From: the human T2T-CHM13v2.0 reference genome, Homo sapiens
DNA: 64,000 nt
Direction: 5' to 3' (one strand)
Assembly (NCBI RefSeq): GCF_009914755.1
Contig: NC_060940.1
The stretch's first letter is position 1; each line of letters opens with the position of its first letter. The translations under genes and the position numbers were made by a program. The notes under the pieces were generated by a model. That model had not been told where the DNA came from and did no database searches. It worked only from the letters and a program-made list of their open reading frames with translations. This document shows positions 1 to 12,150 of this stretch, piece after piece.

Positions 1-1530
1 CTGGCATAAAACTAAACACATAAGCCAGTGGAACAGAATAGAGAACACAGAAATGTCCATATGCAGAAGAAAGAAACTACACCCCTATCTCTCTCCATAT
101 ACAAAACTCAAAAATGGATTAAAGACTTAAATATAAGACTTGAAACTATGAAACAACTAGATAAAAACATGGAGGGAACACTTCAGGGTATTGGTCTGGG
201 CAAATATTTTTTGAGTAAGATACAAAAATAGGCAACAAAAGCAAAATAAATGTTATATATAACATTTTATATAATCTTATATATAATATTATATAATGTT
301 AAAAAGTTTCCACAAAGAAAAAGAAACAACAGAGTGAAGAGACAACCTATATAATGGGAGAAATATTTGCAAACTATCCATCTGACAAGGGATAAATAAC
401 TTGAATATATAAGAAATTCAAACCAAACAACATAGTGGCAAAAAACACCCCACGAATAACCCCCCAAAAACATGAATTGCCCAAAAAAAAAGGGCAAAAG
501 ATCTGAATTGACATTTCTGAAAAGAAAACATCAAAATGGCCAACAGGTATATTAAAAATGCTCATTATCATTAATCATCAGTATAATGCAAATCAAAACC
601 ACAATGAGCTGTTATCTTGCCCCAGTTATAATGACTATTATTAAAAAGACAAAAAGTAATAGATGCTGGTGAGGATGTGGAGAAAGGAAAATGCCAACAA
701 ACTGTTGGTGGAAATGTAAATTAATACAATACAGCCACTAGGGAAAACAATATAGTGATGTCTCAGAAAACTAAAAGTAGAACTAATATATAATTCAGGA
801 ATCCCACTGCTGGGTATCAGTCCAAAAGAAGGGAAATCAGTGCATCAAAGAGACATCTGCACTCCCATTTTTATTGCAACACTATTTCCAATAGCCAAGA
901 TATGAAATCATCCTAAGTGTTGATCAGTGAATGAATGGATAAAGAAACTACGGTATGTATGTATGTATGTGTGTTTGTGTGTGCATGTTTGTGTGTATAT
1001 AATTTCTTTTATGTATACATATAAAAGAAAATATTATTCAGCCATAAAAATGAATGAAACTCTGTCATTTGTAGCAGCATGGAGGGAACCAGAGGCCATT
1101 ATGTTAAGTGAAATAAGCTAGACACAGGAAGACAAAAATTGCATATTCTCGGTCATATGTGAGAGCTAAAAAAAAAAAAAGGTTTATCTCATGGAGGTAA
1201 AGAGTAGAATGGTGATTATCAAAGTCTTGGAAGACTAGAGGGGTGGAGGTGATGAAGAAAAGTTGTTTATAGGTACAAAGACATAGTCACATTGAAGGAG
1301 TACATTCTAGTGTTTGATAGCAAAGTAGAGTGACTATAATTGTATTTTGCTTTGTATTTTAAAACAGCTAAAAAAGATTTGGAATGTTCCCAAAACAAAG
1401 AAATGATAAATGTTCAAGGTAATAAATATTCTAATTACCCTGATTTTGTCATTACACATTGTTTCATGTATCAAAATATCAAATGTACCCCATAAATATA
1501 TACAATTATGTATCAATAAAAAAGTAAAAA
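1..1530 (+). mobile_element. L1MA-type LINE-1, 3' part (ORF2 C-terminal remnant, 3'UTR, A-rich tail)
   Basis: ORF2 motifs (aaatggattaaagacttaaatataagac, gctggtgaggatgtggagaaagg) and an L1MA-type 3'UTR ending tgtaccccataaatatatacaattatgtatcaataaaaaa. Frameshifted, with an apparent ~100-bp internal deletion near 54. Subfamily from recall. Confidence 0.9.
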
Positions 1531-1930
1531 TGCAATTTGTGATCCTTGGTAGGATCCTAGATTTTTAAAAATGTACTAAAGATATTTTAGAGACAGATGT
1601 GGAAAGTGAAATGTAGGCTATTAATTAGGATATACTCTGAAATTATTATTGATTTTTTAGGTATGATAGTGATATTATGCTGTATATGAGACTATCCTTA
1701 TTTTAGGAGATGCATGCTAAAGTATTTAGGATTTTTATGGTGAGATCAACTTAATTTTAAATAATTTAACCAAAAAATTGGTTAATTAATTAAAATAAAA
1801 TTATACACATATAGAATTACTGATAATGTGGCAAGATAATAATATCTAGGGAAACTAGATAAGGTGCATATGGATGTTTATTTTATTGTTTTTTAAACCT
1901 AAAAAAAATCGTCTAAAATATAAACTTTGG
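1531..1930 (+). mobile_element. Old L1 3'UTR fragment (L1ME/L1MC class)
   Basis: tgcaatttgtgatccttggtaggatcct ... ttttaggagatgcatgctaaagtatttagg resembles L1ME/MC 3' ends. Confidence 0.65.
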
Positions 1931-2329
1931 AGAACCAATGTTTAAGTGAACACACACCTCCTAAGCATCAACTCTATAGAGGGATATTGAAGAAGTAAGA
2001 GTACAGAGGTAAATGAAACAGGACATACCCCATAAAATTAGTATTCTTCCATAGTTTTTTTAATAAAATGAAATATGAATTAGAACACTATCTACTGATG
2101 CTATTAGAGAATAAAACTTTGTGGAGTCTGAGAGAAGAACTTGTTGAATGAATAAAAGACTAACTTATGTGAATATTCTTTGCAGGGATTGGTAACTCAA
2201 TTATCCCATACAATTTGCTAAGGGATAAAATGTTTTAACCCCATAATTGTATTTATATTAATAGTACTTTATTTGCTCGTTGTCTTAAAGGAACTAAGCA
2301 TGTTCTCTTCCATTTCCTTCACCCTATCC

Positions 2330-2730
2330 TTCTCTTTCCTTTTCACTTGTCCCAAGCCCGCCCCAGGAGATCAGGAGATGGGCTTAAAACAACTATTCAC
2401 GTTGCCCTCTGCCTTTCAATTGGAATCAGGTAAAGAGTACTGGCAGCAGATTGGAGAGAACAAGGAACATGAGGCAAAGGCACCAATCTTCACAGCTGCC
2501 TGTTGGAGGAGTTCCAATAACATAAATTTACAGGTCCGGAGCCCCACCTATCCACCCAGCTTTCTGTTTGCTGATTCCCTCTCCTCCTCCTTTCAGGACT
2601 AGGGGCTGTAAAGGTGCTCCACTGGCACTCCACTGTTACCCAAGATACTTCACTATCCTTATAGATTTCACAAATCTCACTCACACTTTTGTAAGTAGCC
2701 CCTTTGTTCAACTCTGAGAGCCTCATTAAT
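2330..2730 (+). mobile_element. ERVL LTR, LTR33-like
   Basis: ttgccctctgcctttc...ggcagcagattggagag, ctttcaggactaggggctgtaa and cacacttttgtaagtagcccctttg match recalled LTR33 blocks. Confidence 0.6.
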
Positions 2731-3072
2731 ATAGAGAAACATATAGAATGCAAAAAGACATTTTTCTAAAAAAAAGTAAACCAACATATATACTAACAAA
2801 AAAAATTCTTTTTTGTTCTTCTGGTTGAAACCTACATTTACTTTTGTGGCAAACTAAAATCTTGTTTCCTAAAAACAACAATAACTAAAATGTAAATATG
2901 ATGGGAAAGAACTAAACATCTTCTTATCATTGCTTTATTCTTCTTAAATTATAAAAATTAGTAGTCCAAAATAATTTCAAACAATAAAAGTGTCCAGTGT
3001 AACAGCAGGATTCTAAACACATTTTCATACATCCAGAGAGTACAACTTTATACAGTTTTCAAAAATTGGTAT

Positions 3073-3433
3073 TGATATCGTTTGGCTGTATTCCCACCCA
3101 AATCTCATCTTGAATTTTAGCTCCCATAATCCTCACATATGGAGGGAGGGACCCAGTGGGAGGTAATTAAATCACAGGAGTGGATTTTCCCATACTGTTC
3201 TCATGATAGTAATAAGTCTCATGAGATCTGATGGTTTTATAAAGGGTAGCTCCCCTGCACACGAGCTGTTGACTGCTACCATGTAAGATATGCCTTTGCT
3301 CCTCCTTTGCCTTCTGCCATGATTGTGAGCCTTCTCAGACATGTGTAACTGTGAGACCATTAAGCCTCTTTCCTTTTTAAATTACCCAGTCTTGGGTATG
3401 TGTTTATTAGCAGCGTGAGAACAGACTAATAGA
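3073..3433 (+). mobile_element. THE1 (MaLR) solo LTR, THE1C/D-like
   Basis: tgatatcgtttggctgtattcccacccaaatctcatcttgaatt ... agcagcgtgagaacagactaataga, with gtat on both flanks. Confidence 0.92.
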
Positions 3434-4049
3434 GTATATTTATATTCAAAAATATAAAAACAGGTTTATGATATAAGGTAAAGTATGGGAGATGGGGACA
3501 AAAGTAGGCTAGGCCAGTTTTTAAATTATATACATTTATAAATACATAGAAAACATTTGGAAAGGCATAGATCCAAATATTATGAGTAGTTATTTCAACC
3601 ACCACCTGCAGTATTTGTGTAGTGGCCTTTGTCAATGTGGCCTCTGCAGATACTTTCACAAAAGACAAGGCCTCCACCACCTTTCCATGGGCAAGTGGCC
3701 TCTATGCCATGACCCATGATTGAGATTGTAGGATGATTGACCTATACATACTTTTATGTGCAGCTTGAGTTTCACCAGCATGGTCTCTCCCTGTTAGTGG
3801 AAAACCTTTCCAAGAAGTTACAATTAACTAAGAGAAGCAAAAACGTTGAAAACCCAGTCTTGAGGCTGCTTTCTTATGTTGCTCACAAATTAAGGTTCCT
3901 GCCTCACCTAAAAAGCAAGACACTTCCTGCTGTCAGTACTTTTAATTAGTAGTTGGTGATTCTGTCTTCCTGGTTGGTCAGACATCTAAAGCAAACAAGA
4001 ATTCTAGAGATATCCCTTCCCTGCCCCTAGAAAGTTAGAATGACAGATT

Positions 4050-5330
4050 TGTCCTCATGTCTCTTTTTCCTCACAGATGGTTTCCTTTTTCCAGATTCTT
4101 TTCCTATTTCTTCCAGAGTCATTTAATTAGTTCCTGGGGCTTCATCTACCATGCTTATGTAAAAGTCTTCAAATTTTACATCCCCACCCTTATTGCTTCT
4201 TCTGGACTTGCATCTTTACACTTATTGCTACTTCTAATTCATTTCATTCAAATATGAAACTTATCCTTCCCTGAACAATCAACTTCTCAATTTCAGATTT
4301 TCTTATTAATAAGTTAATGATTTCTTCATCATCTCTGGTTAGAAACATTGCAATTCATAATACTCTCTAAAATGTCACCACATACAAATTCTAGCAAACA
4401 TCCATCAGTATAATTTTCCTAAAGCAACATAGTTAAAGGTTCCTGGTATGATTAATCTGTCCTCAGTGTGAATCAGCTCAACACTCTCTCTCCATCCTTT
4501 TCTTCATCTTCTGTATCACTGTTCTCCCTCCCAACAAACTAGCTGGCCCCAAGTTTTTGTCTTAGGCTCTGCATTTGGAGGAATTTTAACCAGGATAGGA
4601 CACATTTTGATTAACTGAAAATAGTCCCAGAGTATGTCTATTGTCACAAAGTCATTATAAATAGCATTTTCATTCATTCTGTCAGTTTTTTTTTTTTGAT
4701 TTGGGACATAAATGGTTTACTGATGTTCATTCTTCTTTGAGTACATGTTAGTAATGCATATTTATAGGATCGACCTCAGATTTAATAAATCTGAATATTT
4801 AGGTGGATCGGAAAATCTGCATGTTTAATAGGTATATCTGGTTGTTCCAATAGCCATTAAAGTTAAAGAGTCATTGTCCTAGAGCACATCTGAGGCTAAA
4901 CTTTCCACCTAAAATACTATAAATGTTTCATCTTACTGCATTATATCTAAATCTCTTGTATGTGACAGTAAGCCCTTATGGAGTTCCAAATGGCCTTTCT
5001 GTTTTCATTCTGTAACCACTTTCCTGATGGATATATGCTCATAAACATCACAATAATTGCCATTGCCCCACTATCTCATAGCCCTCTTGTTTATTAACAA
5101 CATTGCCTAAACAGGGAGTCAATTTCCTTACGCATTTTCGTATGTTAAAATCCTTCCCATCTTTTTAATCCCTAGATTAAATGTTATCTTCTTCTCAAAT
5201 ATTTTAATTTCCAGTCATTTTTCAGCTCTTCTTTACTTTTCTGTCGTGATATTTTGCATTAATCACTTTTAGTTTTTTCAAAATTATGTGCTCCCTTTAT
5301 AATGCCACAAAAGCAGTGACACTTCTAACT
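4050..5330 (+). mobile_element. Fragmented L2, interrupted by an ERVL-LTR-like end (~4420-4600) and a MER5-like piece (~4740-4885)
   Basis: ggcttcatctaccatgcttatg...ttcaaattttacatcccc and ctcttgtatgtgacagtaagccctt resemble the L2 3' region; highly diverged. Confidence 0.55.
5004..5103 (+). repeat. Copy 1 of a ~100-bp local dispersed duplication
   Basis: Aligns by eye to 5780-5880 with about 10 differences. Confidence 0.95.
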
Positions 5331-5779
5331 TAACTGAATGGCCCTCACAATACATCTAATACAGTCTTGCAAATAACATTTGCTAAGTAAATACTTATGT
5401 AACAAATTAACTTTAGTGGTATGGATAATCAACTTTGGTTTACATTGCACAGTTAAAATTAAAGATGACTGATTATCCAAGAGCAGATTCAGGCATGACT
5501 TATGTATATGCCCATATGATATTTCAGAGAAGTCCACTTCTCCATGCAGTCATTATTTCTATCTTCTCCTGTTATGCTTTTTTTTTTCTTTTTGGTCACA
5601 TTACAAGGGGTGATACCAAAGAGCCCTATGTTTGTATCTGAACTTCCTACAGTTACGGAAAAATCAGGAACCCTTTCTTCTGAATAGTTCTCCAAAGTGC
5701 TTGATTTGAGGAGTATTGATGCTAATATAACTATATGCCCATATCTAACCCAATCCTTGTAGCCAAGGAGATGTGATGA

Positions 5780-5880
5780 TTCATTCTGTAACCACTTTCC
5801 TGATGGATGTATTTTCGTGAACATCACAATAATTTCCATTGCCCCACGATCTCATAGCCCTCATGTTTATTTAAGAACAT
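5780..5880 (+). repeat. Copy 2 of a ~100-bp local dispersed duplication
   Basis: Shares ttcattctgtaaccactttcctgatggat...acatcacaataatt...ccattgccccac.atctcatagccctc with 5004-5103. Confidence 0.95.
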
Positions 5881-6294
5881 GTCCAACAATATTGGAAAAC
5901 TGAATTGCTTTATTTTCCTTTGAACCCAAAGTGGAGTTTGTTCTTTGCCAACCATAAGAACTCAGAACTGGGGAACAGAAGTACATTAAAAAAAATCAGA
6001 ATGAATAAGTACTATTTAGGCCAAAAGAATAGATATCTGCTAAAGCTGAGTTATGAAGGTTTAACACAATGGAAAAGGACATTCCTGAAAAAGAGTGTCA
6101 CATGTATAAATTCTGAGTTGTAAAAGAGCAATAAATACAAACTATAAATAGCTCAGTTGGTAAGAGCAAAAAGCACATCTTTGGGAACAACAGAGAACAA
6201 GGTTATGGAGGACTAACAGGTCTCATGTTCCATAGGAAGATCTTCTTTTGTGACTTTTTCTCTTGAAGAGCATGCATTAATGGTTTCAAGTAGT

Positions 6295-6853
6295 GTGCGT
6301 TAGTTATCTATTGATTCACAGTAATTTACTTAAAACTCAGTGGCTTAAAATAACAAAAATGTATTAGTGTTTTTGTGGTTCATGAGTCTGAACATTGCCC
6401 AGCTTTTATACAACTTCTCTGTAAAAGCTCTCCCAAGGCTGTAATCGAAATGTTTGAAGCTCACCTTGGTTGTTGGTAGTGTTCTGTTTCTTTTGTCACA
6501 TTTGTAGAACTGAGGTCACCATTCTCTTACTGTCAGTGGGATTATTCTCATTTCCTAGAAACTTTTGCAGTTCCCTGCCGCCTGGTCTGGCCACATACCT
6601 CTTACAACATATTTGCTGATTTGGGATAATCCCTCTTAAGGCTTTCACTTAAGTCAGGCCCACCCAGAATTACCTAGCTTTTGATGAACTCAAAATCAAC
6701 TGACTTTCAGCCTTAATTACACTTGTAAAATCCCTCCACCTTTGCCATATTATATTGGTTTGAAACAAGTCAGTTCCAGCCACACTCAAGGGGAGAAGAT
6801 AACACAAGTCTGTGACTCACTGGGGGTCATCTCAATTCTAGTGTCCACTAGAC
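6295..6853 (-). mobile_element. MLT1 (MLT1E/F-like) MaLR LTR
   Basis: ttagttatctattg...ctcagtggcttaaaataac, gtcaggcccacccaga...gatgaactcaaaatcaactga, ccacactcaaggggag. Confidence 0.8.
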
Positions 6854-8084
6854 AGTGCAATGTGACAGTGCAGTGGGATGCTTTCCAAGCAGTAATCCAT
6901 TGGTTGACATTTCCTATTAAGCATTTCTTTTCCTTTAAAAAAAAAAGAAAATGGCAGGTTTTTGTGAACATTAATGCTCTTTTTAACCATCATCTCCCTT
7001 CCGAGACAGTCTCATTAATTTCAAAACCTGCCAAAATAGATATATATTATGTAATCTCATTCCACCTGAAAGTGAGCTAAAAGAGTCATTTAAAACTAGG
7101 TCCCCAACTGAAAATAGATACTCTTTCTCAGAAAATTATTGCTACACTCTTTGACCTCACTCAAAACATCCCATTTTAAAGAGTTTTGTTTTTTTCAGAT
7201 GGATATTTCTTCTGATTGAATAAAAATTGTTTTGTGAAAAATCCAGTATTTTACTCACGCTCTCAATCAGGTGATTTGCTGAATATTTTATCATAAATTA
7301 TAATAATCACTAGCTCAAACAACCAAATGAAATCTGTGGTAATTGTTACGTCCCAAAAGATTACAATTTAGAGAACTTGACATTTTCCCCACTTTTCATC
7401 CTACATTTGCACTAACTCGTTGCAATTAAGGGTATGGGTCAAACAAATGAAAACTACTAATGAGGCAAAAGAGGAAAGTCTTGTCCTATTTTGTGGGCTG
7501 TGTTGATTGTACTCCCTAGATAATTGTAGTTCCTTAAAGCTTCTCTTAAATATTTTCATTAAAATCGTCATTGAAGTCTATTATTATCTCTGTTTACTGT
7601 AGTTCTTTTTTTTTTTTCAAAGTGAGGTTCTGGGTTACTAGGAGGTTTTGAATGTGAAAAATCATGGGCCCTCAATTTATTTTAAAAAGTTAAATAACGA
7701 TATTTCAAAGATATGTTAAGGTATCAGAATAATGGATTTTGTACTATAAAAAACCTTAGGTTTAATTCTGAAGTCTGCCTTTGGTACTTACGTGATCTTG
7801 GTAAAGTAACAAAACCTGTTCAAAGCAAACTTCCTGCCACTTAGCTCTCAAAATTTTTTCTCAAGCAATACTTCTTGAGGGCTCATGCAGAGGGATGTGA
7901 AGTTGGTGTGTTTGGCAACAACTCTCCAGTAAATTCCAAAGCAGATTTTCTAGAGCGGATTCATGTCACTGCTGAAAGTGGGTTGCATATCACCAAATCT
8001 CCATTCAGTGAAAGTCATTCAACAGAAGGTATGCAGTTTCTGATGAACTAGTGTATATAAGATTAAAAGCATGTCAGCCAGCAC

Positions 8085-8270
8085 CCAGGTTCTCCAACTT
8101 CTGGGCATATCATAGTTACCCAAAGTGCTTGTTACACTGACAGATCCCCAGGCCAAAGCATCAGTGATTTGATTCAATATTTTGCGGGTATGACCTAGAA
8201 ATCTGCAGGTTGAATAACAACCTAGGTGATTCTGAAGCAGGTGGTACAAGGAATAATCACTCTTTTAAGA
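8085..8270. mobile_element. MER5-family hAT MITE
   Basis: ggttctccaacttc...cagatccccaggcc...aaatctgca...ggtgattctgaagcaggtggt. Confidence 0.7.
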
Positions 8271-8271
8271 A

Positions 8272-8304
8272 TGTGTGTGTGTGCGTGTGTGTGTGTGTGT
8301 GTGT
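8272..8304. repeat. (TG)n microsatellite
   Basis: Directly visible. Confidence 0.95.
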
Positions 8305-8555
8305 CTGTTTTCTACATAAAATACTAGACATATTAGATAATCTGGACCAAAAAATGTCAAATAAACTTAAATTTGAAAACCCTATAAAACCGTTCATTAT
8401 CCTGAAAGGACACATTAAACTGTAGTATATTAAAGGACCTAATGTGTTCTTCACTAAAGAAATAAATTTATCTTCATTCAGCTTAATGTTACATAGACTT
8501 ATTTGTCCACCAAGCCAGTTAGCAACCAACAACTATGAATGCCTCTTGAAGACAC

Positions 8556-9144
8556 TGCTGATGCCCTCCTTGACACTCTGTGCAGCTGGTGTCTCCAACC
8601 CCTAGCTTCTGGGAGTGTTTACTACAAAGATTCACACTTGTAGAAGGCTCCTCTCAGAAATGTCTAGGAGGTTACAGCCAGTAGTGTGCTGGATTCAGCT
8701 CACACCAGCTCAGGAGAGCCAAAAGTGCTCTTCCCAATTCAGGATCTAGTGATATCAAATGGTGACTTGACATTGATCACATGGGAGTATTTGTACCATG
8801 AAAATTGGCAAACTCTGCAAGTCAGGATTTTTTGCTGTTGTTAGTTGATTGTTAATCATTTGCCAATGACTGACTGTTACAGAGGGTGCAGATGCAAAAC
8901 TACAACTTTTGGGCCTAAAGTTGTTCACACTTTGTGGTGCCCTTCACAGTCCAGGGCTTCCTTTGAGATCAGTTTGAGAGGCTAGATGTCAGAAAAACCA
9001 TGCCCTTCCTTCGCTTTGCCCCCGACCTCTCCTGTTTCCCTCACTCCCTTATCCATACAGAGTTGTTCTGAGATCATTACCCCAGGAAATCACTTCTTGA
9101 AAATCCCAGTCTCAGGATCTGCTTGTGGGGAACCTGACAAGACA
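8556..9144 (+). mobile_element. LTR16-like ERVL LTR, split by MER63A
   Basis: Ends aaatcccagtctcaggatctgcttgtggggaacctgacaagaca, typical of LTR16 3' ends. Confidence 0.7.
8679..8876 (+). mobile_element. MER63A hAT-Blackjack MITE
   Basis: cagtagtgtgctgga...ggagagcc...gggagtatttgtaccatgaaaattggcaaac...actg, with gttacag repeated on both flanks. Confidence 0.8.
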
Positions 9145-9446
9145 CAATCTCCTATTGGACCCAGTACTCCACAAAGCACACTTTAAGGAAAACTAAAACA
9201 GAAGAATCGAAGTTCTATATCTGTGACACCCAATCCTCCACGAATATTACTTATTTCAGTCACACCTTTGCTTATTTGAATAAGTGTTGAGAAGCATATG
9301 TGTCTCATTTACCTGTGGATATCTTCAGTTTAGAAACTTAGCCTCATTCACTCTTTCTATATCTTTTAAGGTCCTCATGAGCATTGTGAATGCCTAAAAT
9401 GTTTTCTCAAACTGTTTTGCCAATGTCTGGCATGGGCACCCTATTA

Positions 9447-9780
9447 GGCAGTATAGTGTGTTATTATGGAGCACAGGCTCTGGTTCATAAAGCCTGGGTT
9501 CAGATTTTGTTTTACATTTAATTGAACCAGGGCAAATAAGTTTGCCTATTTGCAAAATAGATATAACATGCTTATATCAAATGTCTGTTTTGAGGATTAT
9601 TTTTCTTTCCAAACTGGAGTAAATATATTCAGCTCAAATATTTGTTATGAGTCCTCAATGTGATAAATAATATTTAGCTTGATAACTGGTACCAAGTTCC
9701 CTATTACTACAAGGCATTACTGTCTACTATTACAATGTATCTGGCATGTTATAGGCACTCAATAAAGTTTCTTTACTACA
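9447..9780 (+). mobile_element. MIR (interrupted)
   Basis: ggcagtatagtgtg...agcacaggctctgg...cctgggttca and tail tggcatgttataggcactcaataaa. Confidence 0.65.
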
Positions 9781-11070
9781 AATACTCTTAAATATTTAGA
9801 TAATAAACTACTTTCTATATATTTTAGAGAGACAATAATTCACCTAGAGTTGAATTATTTCCCTTTTCTAAATAATTCAAAAGCTACCTCAAATCCCCTG
9901 TGGAAAAATGTAAAACGCTTAATAGCAATAAACAGATATCCACAGGTAATTAACATTTTTGGTGATTTAGATGGCCTAAGACATAGTAGAAAAGGATACA
10001 AGCAAATCTAAACACAGAAACCAGTACCGAAGGACAATGTTGTTAATTCCATGAGAAAGTATGAGATAAAAATGATGATGTTATTCCGATGTTTACCTAT
10101 ATCTAACAGGGAATATAGCAACTTTTGCTTATTTGGTTTATGCCAAGATATGCCTGGGGAAATGTTATGTGGGCAGTGAGAAATTGAAACACACACACAT
10201 GCAAACATACTTTTCTTATGTTCATAGATGGTTTGAAATGCTTGAAAGCAGGTTGATATGTCAAGTCAGGTAGAGAGAGTGTATTTTTCTGAGGATTGAG
10301 AGGAACAGCAATTTACCTGTCGGATAAGACAATTTCATCCTGAGAGGTATTTAGCAAAGCTACTTGAAAGGGAGGTAGAAGCTGCTTTCTGTTGCTTTTA
10401 AACAGAGTTTTTACAGGTAATTGATGAGGGAGATGAAAAAAGAGAGAACGAGAGTGAGACAGAGAGTATTACCCTTCTCAGTGCTTTCAAATTTCAAGTT
10501 TATTGCCAATGAAAAGCACACCAGGGCAGTCCTGGTTCCTGGGGGCTGGTTTGTATATTACTACTAATTGAAGGACACTAAAAGGAAACCAGACCTCCCT
10601 CCTGTCTCCCACTGCTCCAATATTCCTCCCATTCTTGGAACAAAAAATGTCCCACTGTCTTTAACTGTCTGCTGTTCTAAGTAACTCTCTGTGAATGTAA
10701 CCACTCACTTTACCCTGAATGTCTGTGCTCTGCAGATCCCAGCTACTGTCTGTGCAATTAGTCATGGCTACAGGGCTTTTATCCTGTGGTGAGAGAAGAC
10801 ACTGTCATCCGTAGCTTCCTCTTGCAGCTGGGCTTAGAAGATGCCTTGAGTTATGCATATATTTTTCTCCTTTGCATAGGCAGTGCATTCAAAATCTAGC
10901 CAGCCCACTGAGAATGTGCTAGGTGCAGATTTCGAGTCTTCATAGCAGTTTCATGAGGGAACTTGTTCCACATCAGTCAGGTATTTGGATTGCCTCTCTT
11001 ACTTTCTCTCTCATGTCTTCCTCTTAACAAAGATTCTTTCTGCAGTAACTACTTAATTGTATTGCCATAA

Positions 11071-11705
11071 TGTAAGTAGTTTTCCCTTTGGCCTCTGAAG
11101 ATTTGCTGAAAATCACTGACAAAAGGCAGATTAATGGGAGAGAAAGCAGACAAATATATTTGGTCATAGTTTGACATGACTTGGGAGACTTCAGAATGAA
11201 GACCCAAGGATACAGAGGAAAGTGTTGGTTTTTATGCTTGGTTCAACATAGTATGGACAACCATGTAGAAATATGATTGGACAGAAAGGGTATGATCTAA
11301 TGCTAATAGACTGAGTGGGAAAACCCAGAAAAGCTTGTCTGTTTTGATTCATCTTGGCATCTCTGTGAAGCCTTCCTTCCTTCCGGGTATGAAGCAAGAC
11401 CCTGTCTGGATGGGGAGGTCTTATGACCTACACTTAAACAAAGTAGGTCAGAAAATTTCTTTATGGCCAGTTTTTATACGAAAAGTGGGAGGGGGAATTA
11501 AAGTAATATTTTTAGGTTTTATGACTTGCTTTGGGTAAAAGTGGTTCTGGTTTTTATGACCCACTGTGAGGAAGAGGAATTCTAGTTTATATGGCTAGCC
11601 TCTAGAGAGAATGAGGCACCAGAGACAGGAGGGCAGAGGAAGCTCAGAGAGAAACTTTTGCTTCTGAGGCCTTTATTTTGGGGTATCATTTCCTGAGCCC
11701 CAACA
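11071..11705 (-). mobile_element. ERV1 solo LTR, MER39/MER34 group
   Basis: Reverse strand begins tgttggggctcaggaaatgataccccaaaataaaggcctcagaagcaaaag; TG...CA termini. Confidence 0.82.
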
Positions 11706-12029
11706 ACAGTTAATTCACCCAAATTTTCTACATTTAATTTCATCTGAAACAGGATAGGAATAGCAACCTTCTTTAAAGGGGAAAATGCCATTGGAGGACT
11801 GTGAAAAATATGTGCCCATTAATGGTTGGTACTTTTGATTTTCTTCAACCTGCTCCCTTCACTCAGTCCCAGACATCAATGAGGCATACAGTTTGGGTGG
11901 AAAATGAGGTGAGGATTGAATCTCAGTGTCTGGACTGCCTACTTGGAGATTAAGCCTGATCAGACTCACTGTTTGAACACTTACATGGTCAAAGAGCTTG
12001 CCATATGTATCCATATTTAAACATCAATA

Positions 12030-12150
12030 GTGTCATGTCTTAGACATGTCAAAACTGAGGCAGGGATTTAAGTAAACTATGTCATTTTGCTTCTAAAAAT
12101 CAGATCCTGAGTTCTAACTCAGGATCTGTCTGTCTGTGTTAATGCCAGAT
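12030..12150 (-). mobile_element. MIR fragment containing a perfect inverted repeat
   Basis: aaaactgaggcag...ttaagtaaact...cagatcctgagttctaactcaggatctgtctg. Confidence 0.65.

Noticed and set aside
28-231. ORF with L1 ORF2-like peptide (KWIKDLNIR)
   Set aside because: Fragment of a dead L1MA, not a functional CDS
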